DNA of 64,000 nt, from contig NW_003314362.1 in assembly GCF_000143415.4 (NCBI RefSeq), forward strand, positions 470,657-534,656, written 5' to 3'. Both the position numbers and the translations under genes were made by a program. The stretch is from Selaginella moellendorffii. Lineage: Eukaryota; Plantae; Lycopodiophyta. The notes under the pieces are model-generated. The model searched no databases and was not told where the DNA came from. It saw only the letters and a list, made by a program, of their open reading frames with translations. Every line of letters begins with the position of its first letter. The first letter of the stretch is position 1. This document shows, piece after piece, positions 14,081 through 26,860 of the stretch.

Positions 14081-15711
14081 ATTGCACATTGGAAGCGAGG
14101 GGCTAGGTAAGCGCTAAGGCAGCATCCAGGTATTGAAATCCAGTACCTTGTTTCTAGAGCAATCCGATCCGATCCTATGTTGTTGTCCTGGCCATGGGTG
14201 CAACGCGGATCCATTTGTATGGCCGATTCCGCTGCAGCAGCATGCTTTGTGGGTATTGGAGCCCTGATCAAAATGCTTATATGTAATGTTGGCACTGTAA
14301 GAGGAAGACACTGTGGAGGAAGGGCTTGCCAGATCATTTGGATCCCTCGTCTTTCCACAATCTGGAAAAAGAATAGGTAGGCTGTTTTGTTTTCTGGCTT
14401 GAGTTTTTACTGAACATGTTCTACTGCTCAGGAAGCATGCCGAGCAGGCCTCCACAAAAGTCTTCGAAGGGCAATGCGCCACCGCTGTCTAAGCATGTGT
14501 GCTGTTCTAAGGTTTGACCCATGCAGGTTCTCTGTGTTTGTCGATTTAGAGCTTAATCCAGGATCGAAGGTACAGAACGGTGCTCAAGGTCACGCCTTGC
14601 CTGTTTGGACCAATTTAGGATCTCAAGCCAAGAGGATGAAACGTTCAACAGCCGACTAGATGGAATGAAGCAAACGTTAGTGATGATGATGATGCACTTG
14701 CTGAGGACGTTTTGTTCAGATTCCTCGAAGGCCTTCCAGGCCCGTTTTTGTGTTGACTGAAGTACTGGATGTCTATGTTGACGACGAATTCACCAAGTAC
14801 AGTATTATTCAAATTTTTTCATCTCAAACTGTATTGCAGTGTGGCATCTCGAAGCTGGAATCGCAGAATATCTACTGCCGCTCTGAAAGTTTGGCTCTCC
14901 CAAGGTCAAGACATCAAAATGTAAGCGTCTACTGAAAATTCTGATTGATCTAGAGACTCACCGCTCCCTTTCCTTTCCAGTGACACTGAAGCAAGCTCTG
15001 CAAAACTATCAAGACATTCAGGAGCTTTGGCATTTCTACCAGGAGGTAAGCTGGATCCTCTTTTTATGACGTAATCTTTCATTTATAGTGTCAGTGAGCA
15101 GCAGAAGCGAGTAGGATTTCAACGCTTGTAATTGAGCGACAGTCTAGATATCAATTCAATTGACAATCCATAGCCAAGAACCCTAAAGAGCGTGTACATC
15201 ACCGAGTTTAATTAATATTTCTCATTCATTGTGAAATATTATCCAGGATTTCTCTAGTGTATATACAGCTAGATGATGATATATAAGTGAGAGTACTCCT
15301 CTTTCTCCTATGCACTATGTTCTTTTTCCATAAATGCTGGAGCTCCAACTGCCACTGCAAGGAGCTGATATCCTTCTTCTACACAACATCCAGAGGAGTG
15401 AAGAGATCTACATCGGGCAGGTGTGCAAACACGAATCATGGGAACATATATCTAGTTCAAGAAACAGAGAACTGCTTGCCTTGAGGAAAACTTCACATGC
15501 ATGGAGCTACAGCATATCCACATCTCCCACGTGATGAAGGCGATAATCATGAAGGACCTTGAGCGAGACAATGAGTAGGCTGGGCCAGTGAGTGCAACAC
15601 CAACAAGGACGCTGACAACACAGCACTGATAATCCAAACTGCATTTATACATCCATCAGTTTCATGCTTCAAGATGGGCACCATAGATAGATTTCGGCTA
15701 ATGCCGACCTT

Positions 15712-16569
15712 TTATTTTAGAAATTTTTCACAAGCAGCATAAAGTTTACCTGGGCTGGACTTAAACACATGATAGAGCACCACATTTCTATCTCTTTGCA
15801 TAGTCACAAATGCATAGCATGGTCCATCACAGAACTTATCTAGTGACCATATAACAGCCTGACTTGGGGTTTCTTTGACAACCATGTTCCCATTAAGTTC
15901 GACTGTGAGATAGCAATCGACTCCTCTCCCACACACCCCATTCGTCCAAACTTGCCTTCGGCCGGCCTCATTCAAAGACAAGCTACAATCATCCTGGAGC
16001 ATGAATGTGTAGATCAAATTCGGGGACTGAAGCTCAAAATCTCGACGAAGACCATTGTAGAAGATGTTGTCCAGCGTTGTCAATTTCGCTTGGCAATCAC
16101 CTCGATTGCTTTCTTCGTTTGGCTGTGAAGTGTTTCCATCTGTTGATTTGGTGCTATGCGATATTGGACTCCAAACATCTCGGAGACTGCAAGCATGCTG
16201 CTGGCTAGAAAAACTTGCATTTGACCTCTTGTATACATTACTAAGGATCGGATGATCGCTTTGATAACAAGGCCTCTCACGCTGATGGTGTTACCTGGAT
16301 TGACATGGCAGAAATCCAGATTCGGGTCTGTATGATAAGCCAAGATGACGATGTCGATCACAACGTTATTTGTCACAGTGATTTGATCAACATAAGCGCG
16401 TCCACTTTCATAGTAAGTATCATCACCGAACATAATCAGATTATCAATCACTGCATCTAGAATCATATTGACATCGGCTGGTGTTATAGCATTGTGCTGG
16501 TCAGAGAATTCCCAGCACATGGCTTGAACAACACTAAAATAGAAAAAAAAGTGCTGAAATGAACTTCAT
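15712..16569 (-). pseudogene. Secreted protein: signal peptide, unknown N-terminal domain, C-terminal GNA/bulb-type lectin domain (two apparent frameshifts)
   Basis: ATG at 16569 gives MKFISALFF, broken at a T8 run. ORF 16520-16080 follows. ORF 16083-15712 has the B-lectin repeats YTFMLQDDCSLSL, CYLTVELNGNMVV and VTMQRDRNVVLY. Confidence 0.7.
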
Positions 16570-17554
16570 CTTCACAAAGGAGAATGATTAATCAAAAGTC
16601 GAAAAAGATAAGTTACTTAATAAGGTTAAAATGCAATAGTCACTGCTTTGACTTTTAAGAGACAATGCCAATAAAACAAAAGAAATAAGTGCTAACAAAC
16701 TTCAACCACTAGCTTCTAGCTGCTTTTGTTTGAAGCCTTTCCATTGCTTGTGGTCATATGTTTTAAAGTAGCAACCTTGTTCCTTCCTTTACATATACTG
16801 TGAGATGAGCAATAATGTACTTCACGCTTGCACCATCTACCAAGTGTAGTTGTAGTTATTCAGTGGATCTTGAGCCACAATGTCTGGCTTTATGCAATCA
16901 ACCCACAGCCCTGTTTCTTTGGAATTTTATACCTTTTTTTTATATATATGATTAAATATATTTATGAAAGAAAACAAATTTAAAATAAAGTACCTTAAAT
17001 AACCTTATGCCAGCTGCCCTAAGAAACCATTTGGTGGTCACAGCAATTCCTTCCTTTCATCCATTAGTTTGTGAATAAAAACAATAATAAGAAATATTAG
17101 AGATGCATTATCAATGTTAAATTTAAAAGAAAGATGTTTTCATCACTTGGGATATAATAAATATTAGTTTATAAATAATGCTTGTTTTTCTTAGTGAATC
17201 CAATTGATCAATAATTATAATTATTTATAAACACAAGATTAGATGAGAATAAATAATAGTATTTTAGGGTTTAAGTTTAAAATTATAAATAAATATTCAA
17301 GAAATTTTAAATATTTTCTAGGTATATTCACTACCGCCAAAAATGAAGTGTAATTAACATTTGTTCATATGGAGAGCTTGGACAATAATGCATTTCTATG
17401 CGAGTCATTCCAATAGCTAGAGATCAAACTCGAGCAACACTATTGGATTAGAGATATTCCCTATGTATAACTCTGTCTGAAAGAACTAGTGTTTTGCATT
17501 TTAACTTATGAATTGAGCAAAATGGCAATTTAATTGCAATGCAAAATAAGTGAG

Positions 17555-19995
17555 TGTAGTGTATGTAGTTTTCACCCTTTATCCTATGGTGATTTACCAT
17601 AGGCTAACTACAAAGTGGAACCTAGACCCTTTATATGCCATATGTCACATATCATATATCCAAAGACATTGGAGTGAAATCTGAATTTCAGAGCCATTGA
17701 ATGAAAAGATGGAGCCAAACTCCTAAGTAAAGAGCAAAGGAGCAAAAAAACTAGAATATAAAATAACTTTTGAGTGTATAGGTAAAAGAGCGAAGGGATA
17801 TGAGTACAGAGCAATTTAGAATATTTTTAGAGCATCCAACATCCCAATGCCAGAATTAATATGTAAAACGGAGCCAAATAAAGTCTGGCACTATTTCACT
17901 ATATTAGTGGCATAATGCGAGGATATGGGTACTTTATCAACTAACATGGTGTAAAACTTGAGCTTAGACCCAAGCCACATATAAAATAAAGACAGGCATA
18001 TAAGCAAAAACTATACTATGCCTTAGGTTGGTTGGCTATGCCTGACCTACTTGTTATCCCTACTATCCCACTAAAATAGTTTTAGAGCATCCAACATCCC
18101 AATGCCAGGACTAACATACAAAATAGAGCTAAATGGAATTTGGCACTATTTTAGTATATCAATGGCCTAATATAAGGATATAGGTACTCCACTAACTAAC
18201 ATGGTATAGAACTTGGGTTTAGACCCAAGTTGCACATAAAATAAAGACAGGCACACAAGTGAAAGCTATATTATGCCTTAGGTTGGTTTGCCTGACCTAC
18301 TTATTATCCCTACTATCCCACAACCCCCCCACCCCCTCCCCCCGCCCCCCACTTTCAATAAATAGTAATTAAAATTGAACAAGACTAACACATAGGGTGT
18401 GATAGCGAAGGTGCTTAATAGACATGATAAGTTATCATTTGGCGATATTAAGGGATTAGTCTCAATACACAAGGGTTCTTGTCAAGCCATTGCAATATAA
18501 AGCAAAAGAAAACTAAAGCTAAGCTAAGTATGTTTAACAAGAAATGCATAAAAGTTATTCATTTGGCTAAGTACAGATGCTAAGCCTAGTTTACTAACAC
18601 TTGAACAAGAGGGGCTGAAAAAAGAACTAACAATACCAACCTTTCACTGTCATGGTAGTAAAGAAAGAATATCCGAAAGGACTAGTCCGTAAGTAACTTT
18701 CAATACATATAATCTTATTCGTAACACTTTCCCCCCCTTAGGGAAGATCAACATTTTCACCGATGCACACTATAGTCTAGACCACTGCCAAGGAAATAAC
18801 TTTAGAAAAATTTCACAGTGATGACACTATATGAGAAATGCACCAACTTATGATTTAGGGTAACTTTGCTGTCTAACACAAATGCACTACAAAATTAGAC
18901 ACCTTATGGTCATCACCAACAAGGAAATGATCAATGGAGTTAGCCACCCTTGTTACTCTAGTATCACTTAGCTTACAAAAGAGTGATATATCCCTACCCA
19001 CATGTGACATAAAGAGAGAAGCTAAAAGCCTTAACCTTTATAAGCAAAGAAACTAAACCAGTCAGTAAAGTTTAGATAGAGTATTGTAAATAAGCAATTA
19101 GAGTTGTTTACATGGTCACACCCTTTTAATGATATAAGGAACATCGACAGAGAGGCAGGTGATAGTAGTTACCCCATGATTAGAGATTTCACAATGCACA
19201 CAAAGTGCTGAAGCCAATTTACTTTCAAATGGAAAAATCAAGAGATGGATAATATCAAAGTCATAGATAATGATATCTTAAGGACTTATGTATCAGTGAA
19301 TAAATCTTACATTAAAAGTTTTTAAAGTAATTTATCATCCGATAAATCAGTATTAGAGTATAAAAACCACCAAGATCATCATCACTATCAAACAAAATTC
19401 AATACTTAGTATATCATTAACAAAACTCAATAATAAAACTTAATTACCAAAGATTGTAGATAATATGCTAAACAACTTACATAAGATAACTCAAAGAACA
19501 GAAAGTATCATCGATTGGTAAGTAAAATGCTCGTGAATATATCATCCAAAGAAAATAATATCCAATCTATTAAAACTAACTATAACAATAATCAATAAAA
19601 CAAAATGAATGTGGCAAAACCAACAAATACTCATTTATGCCAATTATCACATTAGCCAATTTAAATAAATCCTGGTCAACAATACGAAGGAACTTAAATT
19701 ACTTAAACAAGTGTTAGCAACATCCTACAAATATCTTAAACTCAAAAAGCCAAACCAAACCAAACCATAAAGAATATGTGATAATATGAAAAGCCAAAAG
19801 CCACCAAAAAGAATAATTAACTATCATAAAAGATCATCAATCATCTTATTAATGAAGAGATGTATAATCATCATCAAAGAAAGAATCCACCATTTTAAAG
19901 AAAGACAAATCATTCTAGATCAATAATAATCAAGCAAAACCTTTGACAAAAATAATCAACTATCTTAAATAATAATTAATTATCACTAATGATTA
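17555..19995 (-). mobile_element. Truncated gypsy element of the same family (LTR 17555-18726, PPT, 3' internal region)
   Basis: TGTAGT...AACA ends are followed by a C-run (PPT on the minus strand). 18730-19995 is collinear with 3320-4630 but diverged. Confidence 0.8.
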
Positions 19996-20157
19996 TTAGA
20001 CTTCAATATCACCAATTTGGACTGAACTTTTGCCAGATATCTGGCTATAATAAAGAAATATATTGGCAAGGTCACAGGTTCGAATCCACAGCCAAAGACA
20101 CCATCAAATTTTCCATATGGTTTCGACGGAATCGACAACGCTTGGTGCGCCCCTCCT

Positions 20158-20735
20158 TTGGATCTTGCAAGCTACTGTGCCTGGACAAGCATGATCAGAG
20201 AGAGCTCTTCTGCCTGCAGTCATCTCGAGATGATGAGAAAAGCCAAGAGCTACTTGTCGTCCTTAGCCCAAGACTACAGCATCTCCACGATCATGGAACA
20301 CTTAAGATGCTTGGTGGATTTCCTGGGGAGATCTGGGAAGCTAGATGAGGCCAGTGTCGAGCCAAATTTCAGCGCTGGAGAATGAAAGAGTGGGGAAAAG
20401 TCCGATGCTAGTGTAGCTCTTCTCAATCCCTGTCGAATACACTTGAAGGAATGTCCTAGCTGCAACCGAGTGCCTCAATTGGTAGCCGAATGAGGCTCGA
20501 ATGTGCTCTTGGCACAAGTGATCCAGGCCAGGCCAGGCCACAGCGACGACTAGCGCGTGGATCTCCCACCGGATCGGCATTGATAGCTGCCAAGAGAAAT
20601 AATTGGATGCTCGCCATCGAGAAAAAGAGTAACATGGGCAAATGACGCGATCGCAATCTTCCAAGAGAAAGAACCTCGATCTTTCATCTTCTGGAAGATT
20701 TCCATACATTCCATACACTTTCTATACATTTCCAT
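20158..20735. pseudogene. Convergent PPR fragments (+ 20158-20350; - ~20380-20735)
   Basis: + strand: AWTSMI..SACSH...HLRCLVDFLGRSGKLDEA. - strand: MYRKC/MYG.. and EIHALVV. Confidence 0.6.
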
Positions 20736-23700
20736 GACCAGATTAGCAAGGAACCTCGAGGCCGCTGGAGACGATTTTCCTCGTGGATGCGCCTTCCCCC
20801 TCCCAGATCTGTGCTCACCGCATTCTCGCCCAGGCGCCCACCGCTGGAGATCGCTCCTCCTTCCTGCAAATCTTCGCTGGATGGCACCTCCTCGTCAAGG
20901 CTCAAGAACGATGCCATGGAAAACCACCGCCATTGCCATTATACGCTACTGCTGCACATTTTCGATCCAGGGGGCTCTTTACCCGGGCGGTCTGCTGCTG
21001 CCGGGCGTGCTCTACGAGTTGAGCAGCATGGTCTTTCTTCTCAGTCTCAGACATCTTCAAACTAGGCTCACAAGCACAAGCACTGCTTTTCCGCGGTATG
21101 TATGGTTCTTCTCGTGCTCATTTTGCTTATACTCTTGTCCAGTCCAGATCACTTCATTCCTCATCTTCGCCACCCTTTGGCCTCGAGCATTTTCCAAGAT
21201 AAAATGGAGGCCTGTAGTGAGTGACCACAACGCAACTTGTGATGAGATGAGTTGGTGACCTGGTATACTTTTTTGTGTTATGCCATCTGCTCTTTGGAAA
21301 CTTTTGAGAAAGCTTGCTCTGAGCTAATTGAGTTTGAGCTTGGTCAAGGCTCTCACAGGTTTATTGGATCTCTGGTGCAACCCTGGAGTTTTGTTTGCGG
21401 GTGAGTAAGCTTTCACGGTTTCAGAGCAATATATTATATTATTGCCAAGAAAAGGCATCAAAACTTGGAGCTCCAGAGTCTCACGCCCCGAGGATTTGAA
21501 AGGATCCAAACCTATGGACCTCCAGCTTGGACAACCAAGTGAGAATAGATTCCCGGGACCATGGTGCCTGGATCAAATCAAACTCGAGCTCAGACAAGCC
21601 ATCTTCCAGAACAATATCTTAAACGGATGTTGCTGGTTCTTGTTGCAGCATGCTTATACTTTGTTTCTCAAAAATAGCTTCTGCATCAACTGCTTGCTCA
21701 GATTGAGATGCAGAGTCCATCCAACCCGTTTTGTTTGCCATGGCCTCGCCACAGCATGGAGAAAGTGAGAGTTTCATTCCATCGAGAAGAGAATGGTTTC
21801 TTTCTTGAGCTTGACAGCAGCAACGCGCTGCGCGCCATGCGCCACAAAACGAAAATCTCTTGCGCCGCTGTTTACATTATGGTATCCGTTAAGAAGCAAT
21901 TAGTGTACACTTTGGACGGGAACCTGATGGCCGGGTACCTGGCTAGAATAAAAAAATATATTGGCAAGGTCACAGGTTCGATTCCACAGCCAGAGAGCCA
22001 ATCAAATTTTTTTGTATGAACGAGGGATTTCTCTGCTCCGCAAAGTCGCTCTCGGCAGCGTTGCTGGAGCTCTCTAGGCGCGACGCCACGAATGATCCAC
22101 GCCGCCGCGCCGGGTTCAGGCTCTTGGATCGCGCGATATTCCCTTTCGCTGGCAAATGCGAGCAGCAAGAACAGGGCATTCGATCGATGCGGCGTCAATC
22201 TTGTTCGATTAGGAGTTCCGTGATGGTCTCCTGGAACGCGATGGTCACCGCGTATGTGGCGGCATCCCGCATCCGAGAGTGAGAGTGTATGTTTGATTGC
22301 GTCTCAGAGCGCCATGGAACTCGATGATAATGGCGCTCGCGCAGCAGGGGCAAATTGTGGCAGCGAAATCGAGCTTGGGCAAAAACGCCGGCCAAGGATC
22401 TGGTTCTGGTGTCCTGGACGAATCTACTGCCCAGAATGACAGGACGTTCCATGGGTTCCCCTTCCAGCAGTGAATAGCAGAGGGGGGATTTGGCCACCTC
22501 CAAAGAAATGTTTGATTTCATGCCGGATGAAGACGGTATTGATTCGGCCAGTAGCTGCTCTCCAGGATCCGCGCGTGGATCCTCTGGCCTCGCAGCCACG
22601 TGGACAATCAGATGGATTCCAAATCCTTTTCAATAAGAGGTGCTGAAATAATATTTTGTTATCACCCAGTGTTCATGGCTTTGTGGTTATAGCATGCACG
22701 CTGTAATGTTCTATTGTGAAGGGTTGCTGGGTTCGATTCCCATCCGCCTCGACTTTCAATTAAGAATAATACGGTGTTAGGGTCGCCCCCTAACATGAAC
22801 ACTATTTTATTATTTTATTATTCTACTATTTTATTATTAAATTAACTGTGTTGTTGAGTACCATTTTATTATTTGCCTTTTTATTATTTTACTATTTTAT
22901 TATTAAATTAACTGTGTTGAGTTTCTAGGTGTTAAGTACCATTTTATTATTTTCCTTTTTTTAACACTATACAATTTACTTGTGAGAGTGACTCTCCTCA
23001 AAATCTCACCTAAGATTAACTGTCGACATTATTACAGACTTAAACAAACAGATCATTAAAAAGTATTAACTTAGGTGCATCTCCACTGTAGTCATGCAAT
23101 CAAATTTTGTGGAAGGGAAGATATATATTTGATTTGCTCCAGTAGCACACAAACAGCACAAACATGCCATTGAGCTTACCAATTCGATCATATACACCAA
23201 ATTCTCATCAGTTGTCACTTCAGCATAATCTATCAATCACACACAATGTTGTGCCATTGAATTCTCGATGACCCTGCCAGCATATGCAAGCCTTCCTCAC
23301 CAATTGAACAAGAAAGACGCTAGACAACAAGCTAGAAATAGTGAATGAGAATGAACTTTTAAACGCAGTTTATATTAGTGGTAACTACAAACAAATAAAA
23401 GGTTAAGAGCGATACATCACAGCCGTTGGATTAAAGGATATCTTAGAATATACCATCCAAACCGTTAGATTTTAGTGCGGCTACGGTTTCGCAAGGTGAG
23501 AGAGACTCGGGTATTCGTCTTCCTCTGTGCAGCGGAAAGCTGCCATCTCTCGATGTTTGGGTGGCTTGAATCCCTCGGAGCTCTCCATCCGGTTGCACCC
23601 AGACAAAGGCGACGTTTTCCATCCCCTCTCTCTCAACTACACAACGGGCCTGTCGTGCCGGACTTGGGACGAGCTGGTCCAGGAGCTCAGCTGCATCTAT

Positions 23701-23820
23701 TCTGACGCAATTGCTTCGCTCCCTGACACATCCCTTCCGGACGCCAAGACGCAGCAAAATGCGGCGATCATCCAAAGGCATCCAGCCGCCCAAGGACGAA
23801 AGGGAGCCGGCTTGGATGTC
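20514..23820 (+). repeat. Segmental duplication copy 2
   Basis: See copy 1. The offset is 11425 before the indel and 11418 after it. Confidence 0.95.
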
Positions 23821-24168
23821 AAAAACCGAAAACTGAAAGATTCCAAGGATTCAAATGAAGAAACCTCGATACCCAAAGAGCCTCACCATGGATTTTAGAC
23901 GATTCCTGGTGCCGGATAGCCACACAGAAAAAAAATTCAAAAAATGGATGGATTTAACAGCAAATGAAATCGATCAAGATGTGGACGTTAGATCTTGCTT
24001 CACCTGATATATAGAAGCGACTATGTTCAGGAAGTGAAATCTCCCATTACCAAGACAAAATATGTAGATCCTATTTTAAAAGCTTCTAAGTGATTACTGT
24101 ATTGATGCTATTCGTGATGGATAAAGTAGTATCCTAAGAATTACGACGACTTCCATCATTAGGACCAT

Positions 24169-24392
24169 CCAAGGCGTCGTTTCCCTCACGAAGAACAGCT
24201 TCGGTTAAATCCCGGAGAAGAATCCAGTACCGTGGATCCTCGCATTTGCGAGAATGGGCATTTTGACAAGGCCGTTCACGAGATCCTGCGCAAAACCATT
24301 GTCTGCTGGATAGGTCTCACGCAAGTTTCAACTTGAGCGCCGCCAGGAGCATGTTTGAGAGCATGAAGATGCGCACCTTGGTTTCCTGGACC
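24169..24392 (+). repeat. Second homology block, matching 13118-13341 (PPR-like fragment)
   Basis: Direct match CCAAGGCGTCGTT...GATGCGCACCTT. Confidence 0.85.
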
Positions 24393-24399
24393 ACCAACG

Positions 24400-24980
24400 C
24401 TCAAAACGCTTGAAGGACAAAATCAGGAGTCAGAACCATACTCAGGTGCTTCAATCCCTTTCGAAAGCTTCCACAGTCAGACCGTTTGCTTCTAACCTCC
24501 AAACCATTCAAACGCCATTTCAGCAGCATTCACTCTCTGCGTTATCTCTTTGGCTTCTTCCAATCCACTCTCGTAGTCTGTCACGCGTTTCCTCCAAGAA
24601 GACACAAGAGCATCGTACTCGTGCTTTTCCCACGCAGGCAGATAGCGAGTGAACGTTGTCCGCTTGGCTTTTCTGACATTGAACTCGTCTGGTGATGAAG
24701 CAGCAACAAGGGTTTTATTTCCAACCATCCGCCCCAAGTCCACTCACTGATCAATGAGATGGTATCTACTTTGCTGTCCAGCACAATCTCCTGAGGGAAG
24801 TCTTCTCTATTCACCACCCTGAGATTGAAATCAAAACAGTCGCTCTGGACTTGTAGATCATGACTGGAAGTACCAGACAAATGCAGATTTACCAACCCCC
24901 GAATTTCCATTCAAATGGCAGCACAACATCCACATGAACGGCACCAGGATCTTCCTGATCTCTTTGTACAACCCTTACTA
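24400..24980 (-). pseudogene. Decayed Crinkler/RHS (CR)-type P-loop NTPase fragment
   Basis: Walker A GNSGVGKSAFVWYF at 24908-24867 (frame not in the ORF track), followed by VAASSPD...RYLPAWEKHE...FEWFGG. Confidence 0.6.
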
Positions 24981-26860
24981 CTCCTTTCTTCCAAAAGTAT
25001 GAAGTTAAGAATTTAATTTTGAATTATGTTAGAGTTGGGACTATAGGTTAGTAGTTGGATTTAAAAACTACTGAAAAGGCCTTTCAAGTGTTCAAGAGTA
25101 GCTCTTACTCTTGAAAGGGTGGCTCAAGTGGGATGGTGTTCTATTTAAGTACTATAAGATTTATTAGTCTTCACTCCTTTCTAAAGGGTTTATACCTATG
25201 GAGAAGATACATATATTTAATCATTATTTGATCATTAGGTAATGTTTCTCTATTTAGAAAGTGTTTTGTTATATGAAGGGAATTTAAAAACCTAAAGCTT
25301 TGGTGTACTTAACTACATGTTTAGGAGGAATGTAGCCAAACATTAAATCCATTCTATATTAGAAAGGGGGATTAAAAGAAAGAGTTTAGAAATCCATGAA
25401 ACAAATAGATAACACTTTCTTAATTGTGCAGTGAATAAAATCAAATAAAAGTTGGCATAATAGAAGTGGACCTTAAGAAAAGAATTTAATCATAGCCAAA
25501 TCAAAGTTGGTCGGATAAATAAAGTAAGCTGACAAATTAACAAAAGAAAGATTTATGGCTTATAGACAATGTTTAACATGACCTACTGTATCATACTATA
25601 TAATCAAGATATATATATAGATCTGATTGAAAATTTCATGTTGGGAAGTCCAAATTAGAAAATATTATAGGGTGGCTGCTAAAGGATTTCAAACCTGAAT
25701 CGAAATATAATCCACCATCTGGTTCAATGAGTAATATTTAACAACAGTCTGATAAACCGCTTCTAGCCATTAGTCTGAAGCTATATCTGCCTTAGGTGAG
25801 AGATTAATCCAGGAGCCACTTTTTTCCTGTCTCCTCTTGCCACTCTCACAATATCACACTGTAAGATTATTATGGTATACTTTTCTAATCAAACAGCTGA
25901 AAATTTATACATACACCAAGCCTATGCCATTCACATGAGTGAGATGGCCATGCCATATAGTTTAGAGGAATAAATATGGGAATGTTTTCCATTCCATATT
26001 CATTCTTAACTATATAAGAGTTAATTTTTTTTTACCATAACTTGCCTTAATACCGCGAGCCACCCATTATCTATTGTTGTAGGTATGACTTACTCTTACC
26101 ATCCACAACACATCACCAGGTCCAAAATGGTCCAAATCTCCAATTTACTTTAAAGAGATTTCTCTACCCGTAAGAAAGGTCAATTAGTTGACAAAACGGA
26201 CCAGCTGTACTGGAAAATTTCCTAAAGAATATTCATTTATCCTTTTTCAATCCCAAGAAGAATATCGAGAAGATTTTGGCCGAGGGATGGAGATATATAT
26301 CCCATGAGCTGGGAGAATCGAATCGATAAGTTCTTGGAACCCTTGTTCTAGGGGCTGGATGGAATGGGGGGCAAATGGAGCTTGGCGACGGGCGCCTTGC
26401 GCTGGGAGTGATCCAGGGCGATCCAATGCCAGCGGCAGTGGATTTCTGCGTTGCCGAGGCTAGGGCAATCACGAAATGGATCGATCGATTCCAGTGCGAG
26501 CGCGATCCAGGTAATCTCTCCATTTTACGCAGCTGTAGAAGAAAACAAGGAAAAGAAAAAAGAGAGAGCTACAGGCCAGGCCAGACAAGACTGACAAGCG
26601 AAGAGGAAGATTAGATAGATAGAGATAGCAAAGGAAGGGATGCAAATCAATGCCATTTCACGCGCTCCGAGATGGAAGAGTAGGAACACAGTGCTCTACT
26701 GGAGTAGCAGTAGCAGTAGCAGTATCAGCGTCAGGCACAACAAGGGTCTGGAAAATCACAGGAATTCTTCTTTCTCCTTGTCCAGGTATGTTCTCGGGAT
26801 AGAGAAAACTCTTGCTAGAGGCCGGGAGGGGCATTCCAAGGCAGGGATCCGAATTGAGCC

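Noticed and set aside
24915-24950. PGAVHVDVVLP, resembling the Crinkler HVLVxxP motif
   Set aside because: It lies in a different frame immediately before the Walker A motif and is soon followed by a stop; probably chance.
25091-25120. Hairpin TTCAAGAGTA-gctct-TACTCTTGAA
   Set aside because: Isolated short inverted repeat in AT-rich DNA with no TSD or Helitron end.
26233-26614. Short ORFs upstream of the ATL gene
   Set aside because: No recognisable domain; likely promoter or UTR sequence.
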